Assembly (NCBI GenBank): GCA_965218795.1
Contig: OZ244653.1
Coordinates: forward strand, 3,456,001 to 3,520,000
Length of the DNA: 64,000 nt
Direction: 5' to 3'
DNA from: a bacterium
Lineage (GTDB): Bacteria; UBA8248; JACPRG01; G963555815
The notes below the pieces were generated by a model. The model had not been told where the DNA came from, made no database searches, and saw nothing but the letters and a program-made list of their open reading frames with translations. The first letter of the stretch is position 1, and the number at the start of each line of letters is the position of its first letter. Positions 11,021 through 23,502 of this stretch are shown in pieces. The translations under genes were made by a program, and so were the position numbers.

Positions 11021-12967
11021 TCAGGCGGCTGACCTCCGCAGCCTTTCCAAGTGAACCATAAGGAGACCGATGGCCGAGGGCGTTACCCCGGAAATCCTGG
11101 CTGCCTGACCAAGAGTTCGGGGGCGGATGGCGTCCAGTTTTTCTTCGACCTCTGCCGACAGCCCCGTAATCATTTTAAAATCAAATCCTTCTGGAATCCT
11201 TCGCTCCTCGAGCCCCCGAATTCGATCCACCTGCTTCCGTTGCCTCGCAATGTACCCATCATATTTCACGGCAATCTCGACCTGCTCCACCGCTTCGGGC
11301 GACAGGCCGGCCTCTCCCGCTATCGATGCGTTCTCTTGCAGGTTGGGCGCAAGGGAAATGACGGACTCATAGCTCAGTTCCGGGCGGCGCAGAAGCTCCT
11401 CAAGGGTGGCGGGCGATTGAAGCGGTGGCGTGTTCAGGCGGGCCAGTTTGCGATTGCATTCCGAACCGGGACTCAACCGGGTCGCCCTCAGGAATGAGAG
11501 AGCGCGTTCAACAGCCTCCCGTTTACCTTGAAACTTCACGAAATCGGAATCGCCGACAAGTCCGATTTCACGGCCGAGGTCGCGAAGCCGCATGTCGGCG
11601 TTGTCGTTTCGAAGGAGGAGGCGGAACTCCGCACGCGATGTGAACATTCGGTAAGGCTCTTTCGTGCCCTTGGTCACCAGGTCGTCAATGAGAACGCCGA
11701 TGTACGCCTGTTCCCTGCCGAGCACGACCGGCTCCCTTCTCTGGACCGAAAGGGCGGCGTTGATACCGGCCATGAACCCCTGGGCGGCGGCCTCCTCATA
11801 TCCGGTCGTCCCGTTCAGCTGACCGGCGTGGTAGAGGCCGCGGACGATCTTCGTTTCCAGCGTGGAGCGAAGTTGCGTGGGCGGGATGAAATCATACTCC
11901 ACCGCGTAACCGGGCCTGGTCATCTCAACCTCTTCCAACCCGGCAATGGTGCGGACAAACTGAAGCTGGATGTCTTCGGGCAGGCTCGTCGAGATCCCGT
12001 TGGGATAGACTTCGTGGGTGTCCAGGCCCTCGGGCTCAAGGAAAACCTGATGGCCCTTCTTCTCGGCGAACCGGACCACCTTGTCTTCAATCGATGGGCA
12101 ATACCGCGGCCCAGTGCCGATGATAGCCCCTGAATAAAGGGGCGAGTGCTTCATGTTTTCGCGGATGATCTCGTTCGTCCGCTCATTCGTACAGGTCAAA
12201 TGGCACGGAATCTGCCCTCTCTCGATTCTCTCCGTGGAATAGGAGAATGGGGGGGGCGGCTCATCGCCTGGCTGAACATCAAGCCTTTTAAAATCAATGG
12301 ATTCTCCATCCAGGCGGGGCGGGGTTCCGGTCTTCAGCCGGGCGACTTGAAACCCTTTGGCCTTTAGGTTGTCCGACAGGCCGAGCGCCGGGGACTCCCC
12401 CATCCGACCGGCCCGAATTTGCTGTGACCCGACATGGATCAGGCCGTTCAGGAAGGTCCCGGGGGTCAGGACAATGGTCCGGCCGCAGATCTCTTCTCCG
12501 GCCTCGGTCAGAACACCGCGAACGCGGCCGCCTTCGACCAGAACGTCGACAACCATCCCGCTTTTCAGGGTGAGGCCGGGCTGATGATGCAGAACCTGAA
12601 CGGCGTGAGAGCGATAAAGGTTCCGGTCGGCCTGCGCGCGCAGCGCGCGAACGGCGGGACCCTTCCGGGTGTTGAGCATCCTGAACTGAATGCCCGTGGC
12701 GTCGATCATCTTCGCCATCTCACCGCCGAGCGCGTCGATCTCGCGGACGAGATGGCCTTTCGCAATTCCGCCGATTGCTGGATTGCAGGACATCTGGCCG
12801 ATGCGCTGCAGGTCGCCCGTGACCATCAAGGTGTCTGCGCCCAGACGCGCGGCTGCAAGACAGGCCTCGATTCCCGCGTGCCCCGCGCCGACCACAATGA
12901 CGTCATGCGCCTTCATGTCGTGGAGCCCCTCCCTGATGCCGCAGGCCGCTTGCCCATTGTCAATCAA
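11021..12967 (-). CDS. mnmG: tRNA uridine 5-carboxymethylaminomethyl modification enzyme MnmG (GidA)
   Basis: [40 protein letters not shown]. True start may be the later MKAHDVI. Confidence 0.97.
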   Translation of the reverse strand: MIDNGQAACGIREGLHDMKAHDVIVVGAGHAGIEACLAAARLGADTLMVTGDLQRIGQMSCNPAIGGIAKGHLVREIDALGGEMAKMIDATGIQFRMLNTRKGPAVRALRAQADRNLYRSHAVQVLHHQPGLTLKSGMVVDVLVEGGRVRGVLTEAGEEICGRTIVLTPGTFLNGLIHVGSQQIRAGRMGESPALGLSDNLKAKGFQVARLKTGTPPRLDGESIDFKRLDVQPGDEPPPPFSYSTERIERGQIPCHLTCTNERTNEIIRENMKHSPLYSGAIIGTGPRYCPSIEDKVVRFAEKKGHQVFLEPEGLDTHEVYPNGISTSLPEDIQLQFVRTIAGLEEVEMTRPGYAVEYDFIPPTQLRSTLETKIVRGLYHAGQLNGTTGYEEAAAQGFMAGINAALSVQRREPVVLGREQAYIGVLIDDLVTKGTKEPYRMFTSRAEFRLLLRNDNADMRLRDLGREIGLVGDSDFVKFQGKREAVERALSFLRATRLSPGSECNRKLARLNTPPLQSPATLEELLRRPELSYESVISLAPNLQENASIAGEAGLSPEAVEQVEIAVKYDGYIARQRKQVDRIRGLEERRIPEGFDFKMITGLSAEVEEKLDAIRPRTLGQAARISGVTPSAIGLLMVHLERLRRSAA

Positions 12968-13151
12968 ATCGTCCGTTTCATTTTATTCCTTTGCGCAAAA
13001 TTTGCCAGCCGGACCCGGGCAGTGAAACGGAAACATGCGGACATTTGTGAAATGCTTCACAAGCAACTGTGGGTGCGGCCGCTTTTGGACCGTTGATCGC
13101 AGACGATGGTGCAGAATCAATCCCGGACCCCTCGGGGCGGAGAACTTCGAT

Positions 13152-14612
13152 TTATTTCCCGATGCAGAAATCGCTGAAGATGCTGTCAAGCAGATCTTCG
13201 GTGAAATCCTTGCCGAGAAGCCCGGCGAGGGCGTTCATGGCCTCGGTGAACTCGATGGCGACAAGCTCGGGCGACACCCCTTTCCGCATCGCTGAGATCC
13301 CGGCTTCCACGGAATCCTGTGCGGCCTTGACGCGCTCCCGATGACGCTCGCGCGTGAGCATGATTTCCCCGCTGACCGAGCCTCCGCGCAAAGCCGTATT
13401 CACCATCGCCTCCTCCAGGACCCCCAGGCCGTCCCCTCGAAGCGAGGACAAGGAAACGACCCGGTCCTTTTCAAAGAAGGGCTTCAGGTCTGCAGGCCCA
13501 ATGGCGGCGGGCAAATCCGACTTGTTCAGAACACCGATGGCCGGCTGTCCTTTCCGTGAGGCGAACTCGCCGAGGATCTTCTCATCCTCTTCCGCCAGAG
13601 CCTCCGAGCCGTCGATGATAATCAGGATCAGCGCAGCCGATTCCACGAGGCGCCGGGCCCGGGCGATCCCCGCCCGCTCTATCGGGTCGTCCGAATCTCT
13701 CAGGCCGGCAGTGTCGATGAAGTGGAACGGGAGCCCCTCAATGACGGCGGTCTCCTCGATCGTGTCCCGTGTCGTTCCCGGGATGGGGCTCGTCAGCGCG
13801 CGGTCTTCCCGAAGAAGCTGGTTGAGCAGGGAGGACTTGCCGACGTTGGGCCTTCCGAGTATCGCAACGGGCGTTCCCTCCCGTATGGCGCGACCCGCGT
13901 GAAAGCTCTCAAGCAAAAGCCGCAGGCGGCCGGCGGCTTCCGCCGTCCGTTCCACCAAGCGTTCGGAAGACTGAATCTCCAGGTGCTCGTCCGGGAAATC
14001 GATGGCGGCTTCGAGTTGGGCCGATACCCCAACGAGCGCCTCCCACACCCCTTCCAGCTCCCTGGAAAGGCGCCCCGAGAGATGCCCCAACGCCGCCCGC
14101 AACGCCGTTTCGGAGCGCGCCGAGATGATGTCCGCAACCGCTTCGGCTTGAACCAGATCCAGCCGCCCATTGAGGAATGCCCGCCGCGTGAACTCTCCCG
14201 GCTCCGCGGGCCGCGCGCCCAGATCCACCAGCACGCGCAGGATCGACCGCAGGGAGAGCGGGCCTCCATGGGCGTGAATTTCGGCCACGTCCTCGCCCGT
14301 GTAAGAGTCGGGACCCGGCATCACGGCCAGAAGACACTCGTCCAGCGGTTCCTCTGTGCAGGGGTTCCTCACCGTGCCGCGTTCAAGCTTCCTGGGAGAA
14401 AACTCGCGAAGGGCCGCCCCCGACGGCGCCCGGAAAATTTCCCGTGCGATACCCAAGGCCTCGGGCCCGCTCAGGCGAATAATCCCGATCGCTCCTTCAC
14501 CCGGGGCGGTGGCGATTGCGGCAATGGTCTGGATGTCCTGACGGGTCGTTGGGTCGTTCGGTTTCAAGCGCAATGGATGGGAAAAGCGGGAAACACCGCC
14601 TTCGGACGGCAT
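13152..14612 (-). CDS. mnmE: tRNA modification GTPase MnmE (TrmE)
   Basis: TIAAIAT, GEFTRRAFLNG, GRPNVGKSS, DTAGLR, C-terminal FCIGK. Confidence 0.97.
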   Translation of the reverse strand: MPSEGGVSRFSHPLRLKPNDPTTRQDIQTIAAIATAPGEGAIGIIRLSGPEALGIAREIFRAPSGAALREFSPRKLERGTVRNPCTEEPLDECLLAVMPGPDSYTGEDVAEIHAHGGPLSLRSILRVLVDLGARPAEPGEFTRRAFLNGRLDLVQAEAVADIISARSETALRAALGHLSGRLSRELEGVWEALVGVSAQLEAAIDFPDEHLEIQSSERLVERTAEAAGRLRLLLESFHAGRAIREGTPVAILGRPNVGKSSLLNQLLREDRALTSPIPGTTRDTIEETAVIEGLPFHFIDTAGLRDSDDPIERAGIARARRLVESAALILIIIDGSEALAEEDEKILGEFASRKGQPAIGVLNKSDLPAAIGPADLKPFFEKDRVVSLSSLRGDGLGVLEEAMVNTALRGGSVSGEIMLTRERHRERVKAAQDSVEAGISAMRKGVSPELVAIEFTEAMNALAGLLGKDFTEDLLDSIFSDFCIGK

Positions 14613-14620
14613 GAATCCAC

Positions 14621-15247
14621 TCAGTACAGAGGAGAAATAATAACGCGTCGGAAGCCGCCCTCCCCTTCGCTGTGCGTCTCCACCTCCTCGTCGTCCCGCA
14701 ACGCCATATGGACAACGCGGCGGTCACGCGAATTCATCGGGCGGCAGGATACCGGCTCCCCCTGGCGTTTGGCTTTCCCGGCCAACCGGTGGGCCAAAAC
14801 CCGCACTTGTTCGGCCGAGCGCTCCCGGTACCCCTCCGCGTCCAAAAGGATGCGAATGCACTCGTGGGACGGCCGGTTCACAATTCGGTCTACCAGATAC
14901 TCCAGCGCATCGAGTGTCTCCCCCCGTCGACCGATCAGGAAATCCAAGCGCTCCCCTCGAATATTCAGATGGGCGTCGGCGCCGTCGAGCTTCGCATCCA
15001 CCGACGCTTCAAACCCCATTCCGCCGATCAGCCGGCTCAGGGTCTCCCGGGCCGCCCGGAGCCTGCCAAGCGAATCGGCATAATGCAACCTCAGACGAAC
15101 ACCGGACCGCCCAAAGATACCCAACAGCTTCCGGTTGCCCTCAATTTCTTCTACATCCACGTCGCCTTCGCTGAGGCCGAGTTGTTCCAGCCCCTTCGCG
15201 AGAGCTTCCTCGCGCGTTTCCCCTTCGATTTCGATTGAGCCCACCAA
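14621..15247 (-). CDS. jag: Jag/KhpB (EloR) RNA-binding protein (Jag-KH-R3H)
   Basis: LIGRRGETLDAL (KH) and RRVVH (R3H); downstream of yidC. Confidence 0.93.
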   Translation of the reverse strand: MVGSIEIEGETREEALAKGLEQLGLSEGDVDVEEIEGNRKLLGIFGRSGVRLRLHYADSLGRLRAARETLSRLIGGMGFEASVDAKLDGADAHLNIRGERLDFLIGRRGETLDALEYLVDRIVNRPSHECIRILLDAEGYRERSAEQVRVLAHRLAGKAKRQGEPVSCRPMNSRDRRVVHMALRDDEEVETHSEGEGGFRRVIISPLY

Positions 15248-15267
15248 AATCTCTCCCGGGGGAAGGC

Positions 15268-17061
15268 CTACGATTTCTTTCCGGCCTTCGAGCGCTTGGA
15301 AGGTTTCCCCTTCATCTTGGGGGCCGCCTTCTTCGCGGAAGGCTTTGGAGCGGGGAGCTCGTTGGTCGCGGCAACTGCAACGACCGCCGCCTTGGGCTTT
15401 CCGACGCCCCGGAGAGTGAAATATTGCTGAATGATACTCAAAACATTATTGGTAAACCAATAAACGACAAGGCCCGCCGGAAACGACCAGAAGAGAAAAG
15501 TGAAAAAGATCGGCATGAACAACATCATTTTTTGCTGGGTCGGGTCCCCCGCCGCGGGCGTCATCTTCTGCTGCAGAAACATGGAAGCGCCCATCAGGAG
15601 AACCAAAACCCTGAAATCGACTCCGGTACCCGGGATGACGAACAGGCCGGTCTCCGGCGCGGAGAGATCATGCATCCAGAGGAACGGCGTTTGGCGGAGA
15701 TCGATCGAACCCAGCAGGGCATTATAAAGGGCGAAAAAAACCGGAATCTGAAGCACCATCGGGAGGCAGCCGCCAAGCGGATTGACCTTGTTCGCCTTGT
15801 ACAGCTTCATGACCTCCTCGTTCATCCGCTGTCGATCTTCTTTGAATATTTCACGGACCTGTTTCATCTTCGGCTGAAGTCTTTGCATGGCCTGCATGGA
15901 TTTCGTGCTTTTCTGTGTCAGCGGATAAAAAAGGATCTTGATCACGAATGTCACGATGATGATCGACAGCCCATAGCTGCCGGTCAGGCCATGGAAAAAA
16001 CGAAGGCCAACAAGCAGGGGTTTGGCGAGGAAGCTGAAAAACCCCAGGTCGATGGCTTCGTTCAGCGAAGAGCCGTATGACTTCAGGAGTCTCACGTCCT
16101 TGGGTCCTGCGAAAAGCGACAGCCTGCCCTCCCCGCTGGCCCCGCCCCGGTACCTCAGTCCGACCAGAACCCCCCCATCGTCGCGAACAACGGCGCCGTC
16201 AAATGCGCTCCGGGGAATCAATGCGGCCATGAAGTATTTACTATGCAGCGAGGTCCACCGAATATCTCCCTGCTGGACCACCGTCTTCCCTTCTTCCAAC
16301 TCGTCCTCGTCGGCGAACATCAACTTACCGCTGCGGTACGTCACCGGCCCCGTCGTGGCATAGTAGTCGTCCTCCCGGCCCTCCGTTGTAATGCCGGGCC
16401 CCCAGACAATCGATACGTCTCCGCTGTCGGGCCCCCCCCGCCACCGAAGGTCCACATCGAAGACATACGAGCCGTGCTCGAAGCGAAGGCTCTTGCTGAT
16501 CGCAACTCCCGAAGGGGACCGGTAGGTGAGCTCGAGGGTTCCCTCGGGATTTTCGGGCGTCAGTGTCAGGCTTTCCCGGTTTGCGGTATATACTCCGCTG
16601 TTTGCCTGATTGCCCAGGGCGCCTCCGTCCAGATACAGGGGGCGCCACTTCACTTCTTGCTCCGGGCGGCCCTTCGCGTTTTCATCCTTGCCCGCTTTTC
16701 CGGTTGAAACCAGGTTTAACGGCTTTCCCTTGGAATCTCGATATTTCAAAAACGTCACTTCCTTGAGCCCGGCCCCCAAAGTCGTGATCGTGATACGGGT
16801 CACGCCGGTGTCCACGGTGATGTCTTTCGCAACCGTGGATTTCGGCGTCTCCTGAGCTCGGAGCGACTTCGGGACGATAGGCGGCGTTTCGGATTTCTCC
16901 GTGTCTTCGGATTCCCTCAACCTGGCCTGTTCCGCAGCCAATTTGCGGGCTTTCTCCTGCAAGGCCCGGCGGGCTTCCATGCGGGGATTAATAAAGAAGA
17001 TTTGATAGCCCAGCAGAACCGCCATGGACAAGACGGCTGCAATAATCGCGCGTTTATCCAT
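15268..17061 (-). CDS. yidC: Membrane protein insertase YidC with Lys-rich C-tail
   Basis: N-terminal TM, large periplasmic domain, NPLGGCLP, PFLWMHDLSAP, GLVVYW. Confidence 0.96.
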   Translation of the reverse strand: MDKRAIIAAVLSMAVLLGYQIFFINPRMEARRALQEKARKLAAEQARLRESEDTEKSETPPIVPKSLRAQETPKSTVAKDITVDTGVTRITITTLGAGLKEVTFLKYRDSKGKPLNLVSTGKAGKDENAKGRPEQEVKWRPLYLDGGALGNQANSGVYTANRESLTLTPENPEGTLELTYRSPSGVAISKSLRFEHGSYVFDVDLRWRGGPDSGDVSIVWGPGITTEGREDDYYATTGPVTYRSGKLMFADEDELEEGKTVVQQGDIRWTSLHSKYFMAALIPRSAFDGAVVRDDGGVLVGLRYRGGASGEGRLSLFAGPKDVRLLKSYGSSLNEAIDLGFFSFLAKPLLVGLRFFHGLTGSYGLSIIIVTFVIKILFYPLTQKSTKSMQAMQRLQPKMKQVREIFKEDRQRMNEEVMKLYKANKVNPLGGCLPMVLQIPVFFALYNALLGSIDLRQTPFLWMHDLSAPETGLFVIPGTGVDFRVLVLLMGASMFLQQKMTPAAGDPTQQKMMLFMPIFFTFLFWSFPAGLVVYWFTNNVLSIIQQYFTLRGVGKPKAAVVAVAATNELPAPKPSAKKAAPKMKGKPSKRSKAGKKS

Positions 17062-17069
17062 CGGTTGCT

Positions 17070-17306
17070 CTAAGGCCGGCCTTCAGGTCGCGGAAGAGGG
17101 TCATATCCACCGGGATGGAAGGGATGACAACGCAGAAATCGTCTGGCGATCAAATAGATGGCCTTCGGAGCGTCGTACTCACGGATTGCCTGCATCGCGT
17201 ACTCGGAGCAGGTCGGGTGGAACCTACACGCTCGAGGAAGAATAGGGGAGAGCAGAAGCTGGTAGAGCCGAATCGGCGCCGCCAGCAGAATTTTTGTCGG
17301 CTTCAT
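17070..17306 (-). CDS. yidD: Membrane protein insertion efficiency factor YidD
   Basis: CRFHPTCSEY and RCHPFHPGGYDP. Confidence 0.95.
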   Translation of the reverse strand: MKPTKILLAAPIRLYQLLLSPILPRACRFHPTCSEYAMQAIREYDAPKAIYLIARRFLRCHPFHPGGYDPLPRPEGRP

Positions 17307-17706
17307 ATCGATCTTCGTTCAGGGCCTGGTCGCTTTTACCCGCGGCAGACGGCTGTCCCGCAACCGCAACGGCGATGGAGCGCTCCAACGCATTCCGCAA
17401 TTCAGCGTAAGAAACATTCCGTGCGCCCGGTTTGGCAATGATCACCATATCCAGACCCACAGCCAAATCCTTCACATGCACCCAGATGGAGCGTAAGCGG
17501 CGCTTCAGCCGATTCCTCGTGACCGCGTTCCCCAGCCGCCTCGATACAGATAAGCCAAGCAGGCTTTCAAGCGACCCGGTCGGGCCCGCTTCCCGGGGCG
17601 TATCGGCATACAGTCTATAAAAGCTTGTGCGATCAGCCGGGGCTTGCGAACATATCCGCCGAAAGTCGCTTTGCTTCAAGCGGGTTCTTGCCCATCGAGG
17701 CTTCAT
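17224..17706 (-). CDS. rnpA: Ribonuclease P protein component
   Basis: GLSVSRRLGNAVTRNRLKRRLR (RNR motif) in the 3' part of ORF 17224..17946. Start at ATG 17706 just after rpmH; the tail overlaps yidD. Confidence 0.88.
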   Translation of the reverse strand: MKPRWARTRLKQSDFRRICSQAPADRTSFYRLYADTPREAGPTGSLESLLGLSVSRRLGNAVTRNRLKRRLRSIWVHVKDLAVGLDMVIIAKPGARNVSYAELRNALERSIAVAVAGQPSAAGKSDQALNEDRYEADKNSAGGADSALPASALPYSSSSV

Positions 17707-17735
17707 TGCTGCTCTCAAACGGTCCGCCGGCAGAC

Positions 17736-17870
17736 TCAAACAGCCAAGCGCTTTCGGCCTTTTTTGCGGCGCCTGCTGAGAACCTTTCGGCCGGACCGTG
17801 ACGACATCCTTGCAAAGAAGCCGTGTGTCCGGGCGCGCTTGATTCTCGAGGGTTGGTACGTCCGTTTCAC
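17736..17870 (-). CDS. rpmH: 50S ribosomal protein L34
   Basis: Below the ORF-track cutoff. Hand translation from GTG: [44 protein letters not shown]. Confidence 0.96.
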   Translation of the reverse strand: MKRTYQPSRIKRARTHGFFARMSSRSGRKVLSRRRKKGRKRLAV

Positions 17871-18216
17871 AGGAGAAACCCTTCTCTGACGGGAGCCTGC
17901 CTTCGCCCTTAGCCCTTGGGGAAATTACGGGGAAGAAACATGCCAAGAACGCGGTTCAGTTTAGGTTCAAGAGCCAAGGGTGTCAAGTGCACAGCTTTTT
18001 CTGTTGAAAACCGCCCATCATTCTGGTATGATCAACCGAGAAAAATGAGGGGTTCCGAATTCATAATCCACAATACCAAAACATTAACTTTCAATGAGTT
18101 GTATATCATTTTCGCGAAATGAGTTCAGATTGCGGAAATTTCCGCATGCAAGGTCTCGGCGTGGAATTCCCAACACATGTTGAAAAACTTCATACATATT
18201 TAATCTCAAGGGGTTC

Positions 18217-19578
18217 ATGATGAATCAATCGAACGTTATCAACATGGATTTGGTCGAGATTTGGCAAACCGGCCTTGAGCATGCCCGAAAATTCATTACC
18301 GAGCAAGCGTTTGAGGTCTGGTTGAAACCGATCAAGCCGGTAGCCCTTGACGGTTCCACGCTCAGCCTCCTTGTTCCAAACCGATTCTTCCGCGACCAGT
18401 TCGAAGGTCGATTCCGGCCGGTGCTCAGCAGGGCCCTGCGGGAGGCTGCCGGTCAGGAAATCCATTTACGTCTGATCATCAGCGAGACCGGAGAGGAAAA
18501 TGCGCCAACGTCACCGCCCCAAAGGCGTAAAGAAAAACCGGCAACTCGAAGGAGCTCGTTCGGAATTCTCAATTCCAAGTACACGTTCGATAGCTTCATC
18601 GTGGGGAGCTCAAACCAATTTGCGCACGCTGCGGCGCGTGCCGTGGCCGAAAGCCCGGCGACTGCCTACAACCCGCTGTTCATTTATGGCGGGGTCGGCC
18701 TCGGCAAAACCCACCTCATGCACGCGATCGGACAGCAGATCATCGAGAAAAACCCAAACGTCCAGCTTCACTACACATCCTCGGAAGATTTCACCATCGG
18801 CCTGATCAATTCCATTCGCCGTGACCGGATGGCGGCTTTCCGCGAGAAATATCGCAAGATGGACGTCCTCCTTGTCGATGATATCCAATTCATCGCCGGC
18901 AAGGACCGCACGCAGGAAGAATTCTTCCACACATTCAACGCCCTTTACGAATCCTTCAAACAGATTATCATTTCAAGCGACAAGTTCCCCAAGGAGATGA
19001 TCGAGCTGGAGGAGCGTCTTCGATCTCGATTCGAGTGGGGGCTCGTCGCGGACATTCAGCCGCCCGATCTTGAGACCAAGGTCGCTATCCTGAACAGGAA
19101 AGCGGAAGAAAACGGTGTCAACCTCCCCCAGGACGTCGCCATGCTCATTGGCCGAAAAATCCGCACCAACGTCCGCGAATTGGAAGGCTGCCTGATCCGC
19201 TTGTCCGCGTTCGGTTCACTGACCAAGCAATCCATCTCGATGGACATGGCGGAGGAAATTCTCCAGCAGATGTTTTACGACGATCAACAATCCATCTCCA
19301 TTGACAACATCCAAAAAGCTGTGGCGGCGCACTTCAGCATCAAGGTTTCCGATCTGAAGTCCAAACGGCGCCACCGCAACATCGCGGAACCGAGACAAAT
19401 CGCGATGTATCTCGCGCGGGACCTGACGGGGGCGTCGCTCTCCGAGATTGGCGGTCGATTCGGCGGAAAGGATCACAGCACGGTCATTCATTCCTGCAAC
19501 AAGATTGCGAAACTCAAGGACAAAGAGACCCGCATCCTCTCCGCAATCAATCAAATACGCAGAGCGCTGAATGTGTAA
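18217..19578 (+). CDS. dnaA: Chromosomal replication initiator DnaA
   Basis: YNPLFIYGGVGLGKTHL, DDIQF, RSRFEWGL, KDHSTVIH. Confidence 0.98.
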   Translation: MMNQSNVINMDLVEIWQTGLEHARKFITEQAFEVWLKPIKPVALDGSTLSLLVPNRFFRDQFEGRFRPVLSRALREAAGQEIHLRLIISETGEENAPTSPPQRRKEKPATRRSSFGILNSKYTFDSFIVGSSNQFAHAAARAVAESPATAYNPLFIYGGVGLGKTHLMHAIGQQIIEKNPNVQLHYTSSEDFTIGLINSIRRDRMAAFREKYRKMDVLLVDDIQFIAGKDRTQEEFFHTFNALYESFKQIIISSDKFPKEMIELEERLRSRFEWGLVADIQPPDLETKVAILNRKAEENGVNLPQDVAMLIGRKIRTNVRELEGCLIRLSAFGSLTKQSISMDMAEEILQQMFYDDQQSISIDNIQKAVAAHFSIKVSDLKSKRRHRNIAEPRQIAMYLARDLTGASLSEIGGRFGGKDHSTVIHSCNKIAKLKDKETRILSAINQIRRALNV

Positions 19579-19760
19579 GACAACTGTTGATTCATCGAGG
19601 GGGAAATGTGTAAAAGTCCGCGCCCGCTGCGCGTCTGTGGATTTATTGAACTCTCTCAACAGGTTCCCGTGCCTTTAAACCCTTCAAAACCAAGGAACTC
19701 CTCCCGGTTTCCACAAATCCACAGCTCCTTCTGCTATTACTTCTTTTTTTATTACTTTAC
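19579..19760 (+). other. oriC: oriC unwinding region (DnaA boxes + DnaA-trios + AT-rich tract)
   Basis: Degenerate boxes TGTGTAAAA (19607) and TGTGGATTT (19636), tandem GTTTCCACA/AAATCCACA (19707-19723), then CTGCTATTACTTCTTTTTTTATT. A further box TAATCCACA lies at 18064, upstream of dnaA. Confidence 0.85.
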
Positions 19761-20918
19761 TTGATGACAAGAACACCGCGCGTTATGCACTTGAAAAAGC
19801 TTTACGCCGAGAATTTCCGGAACCTGCAAATAAACGAGATTGAATTTTCAGAAGGGGCCAATCTGATTATCGGAATGAACGGACAGGGGAAATCCAATCT
19901 CTTGGAAGCTGTTTACTTTTTGGGAAACCTGAAATCCTTTCGGGATGCAAGGAGAGCGAACCTGACCCGGTGGGGATCCGACAGATTTGGTTTGCGGGGC
20001 GAATTCGTTTCCCAGACAACCGGCAGAGGGTTCTCATTGGGGGTGATCTGTGAGCGGGGGAGAGCGCAATACAATATCAATGAAAATACAGCGGAATCCG
20101 TCGAAGATTTTCTATCACAAGTTCGGGTCATGGCGTTTCATCCGGATAGTCTCTCCGTGCTCAAGGGAGGTCCGGGCCGCCGACGGATGTTTATCGATCG
20201 GGGAATTTTCAGTCAAAGGCGGGAACACCTGCGGACCTTGAAGGAATATAACCGGGTTTTAGCTGAGCGGCGTTGGATTCTCAAGAACCGCAAGAAGTCA
20301 ATCCTTGGCGTCTGGACCGAAAAACTGATTGAATTGGGCGTCAAGACGGCAATGATGAGGCGGGATTACTGTCATCGGCTCAACGAGACGGTACTTGAAA
20401 TGGAGCGGTCGCCTGGAGAGGAGGAACCGCCACAGATTGAATATCTGTCATCGATTCCCGGGCTGGATGATGGCGGTCCGGGCTCGACGGAGGAAACCCA
20501 CAGGCAGGCTTTTTCAAGAAGACTGGAAGAGGCCGTCGAGGAGGAGCAAAGGCGCGGGCAGACGCTCACCGGACCCCACCGGGATGATTTCCTTATTTCG
20601 GCCGGCGGAAGAGATCTCTCGAAATTTGGCTCTCAAGGACAGCAGAAAGCGGCGCTTCTCTCGATGATCCTGGCCCAGTCCGATCTGGCCGGCCAGGGCG
20701 AAGCGGGCATGCCGATACTTCTCTTCGATGACGTTGCATCCGAGTTGGATGCGTCGAGGGTCGAGTGGGTTTGTCACATCCTGGCAAGCCGCGGCAATCA
20801 GGTGTTCGTGAGTGCACTGGAGACCGTTCCGATCCGGACGATGAGCGGTCTTGTGCGGACGCTGCTCGTCCGCCGGGGAGAGACGAAAGTAATTGAAGCG
20901 GCCGCCTCATCGGCCTAA
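19761..20918 (+). CDS. recF: DNA replication and repair protein RecF
   Basis: ENFRNL, GMNGQGKSNLLEA, GPHRDD, SQGQQK, LLFDDVASELD. Confidence 0.95.
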   Translation: MMTRTPRVMHLKKLYAENFRNLQINEIEFSEGANLIIGMNGQGKSNLLEAVYFLGNLKSFRDARRANLTRWGSDRFGLRGEFVSQTTGRGFSLGVICERGRAQYNINENTAESVEDFLSQVRVMAFHPDSLSVLKGGPGRRRMFIDRGIFSQRREHLRTLKEYNRVLAERRWILKNRKKSILGVWTEKLIELGVKTAMMRRDYCHRLNETVLEMERSPGEEEPPQIEYLSSIPGLDDGGPGSTEETHRQAFSRRLEEAVEEEQRRGQTLTGPHRDDFLISAGGRDLSKFGSQGQQKAALLSMILAQSDLAGQGEAGMPILLFDDVASELDASRVEWVCHILASRGNQVFVSALETVPIRTMSGLVRTLLVRRGETKVIEAAASSA

Positions 20919-20922
20919 ATAG

Positions 20923-23415
<2,493 letters not shown>

Positions 23416-23502
23416 CGGACTCCCGCCGCCGTACCGCACCGGTGACGGCGTGAACCATCCCCGGTTCGCCGCCCCGTGAAACCCGAATCATGAGGAGAAG
23501 AG

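Noticed and set aside
17707-17946. N-terminal extension of RnpA in the 240-aa ORF
   Set aside because: Overlaps rpmH in another frame; the true start is ATG 17706.
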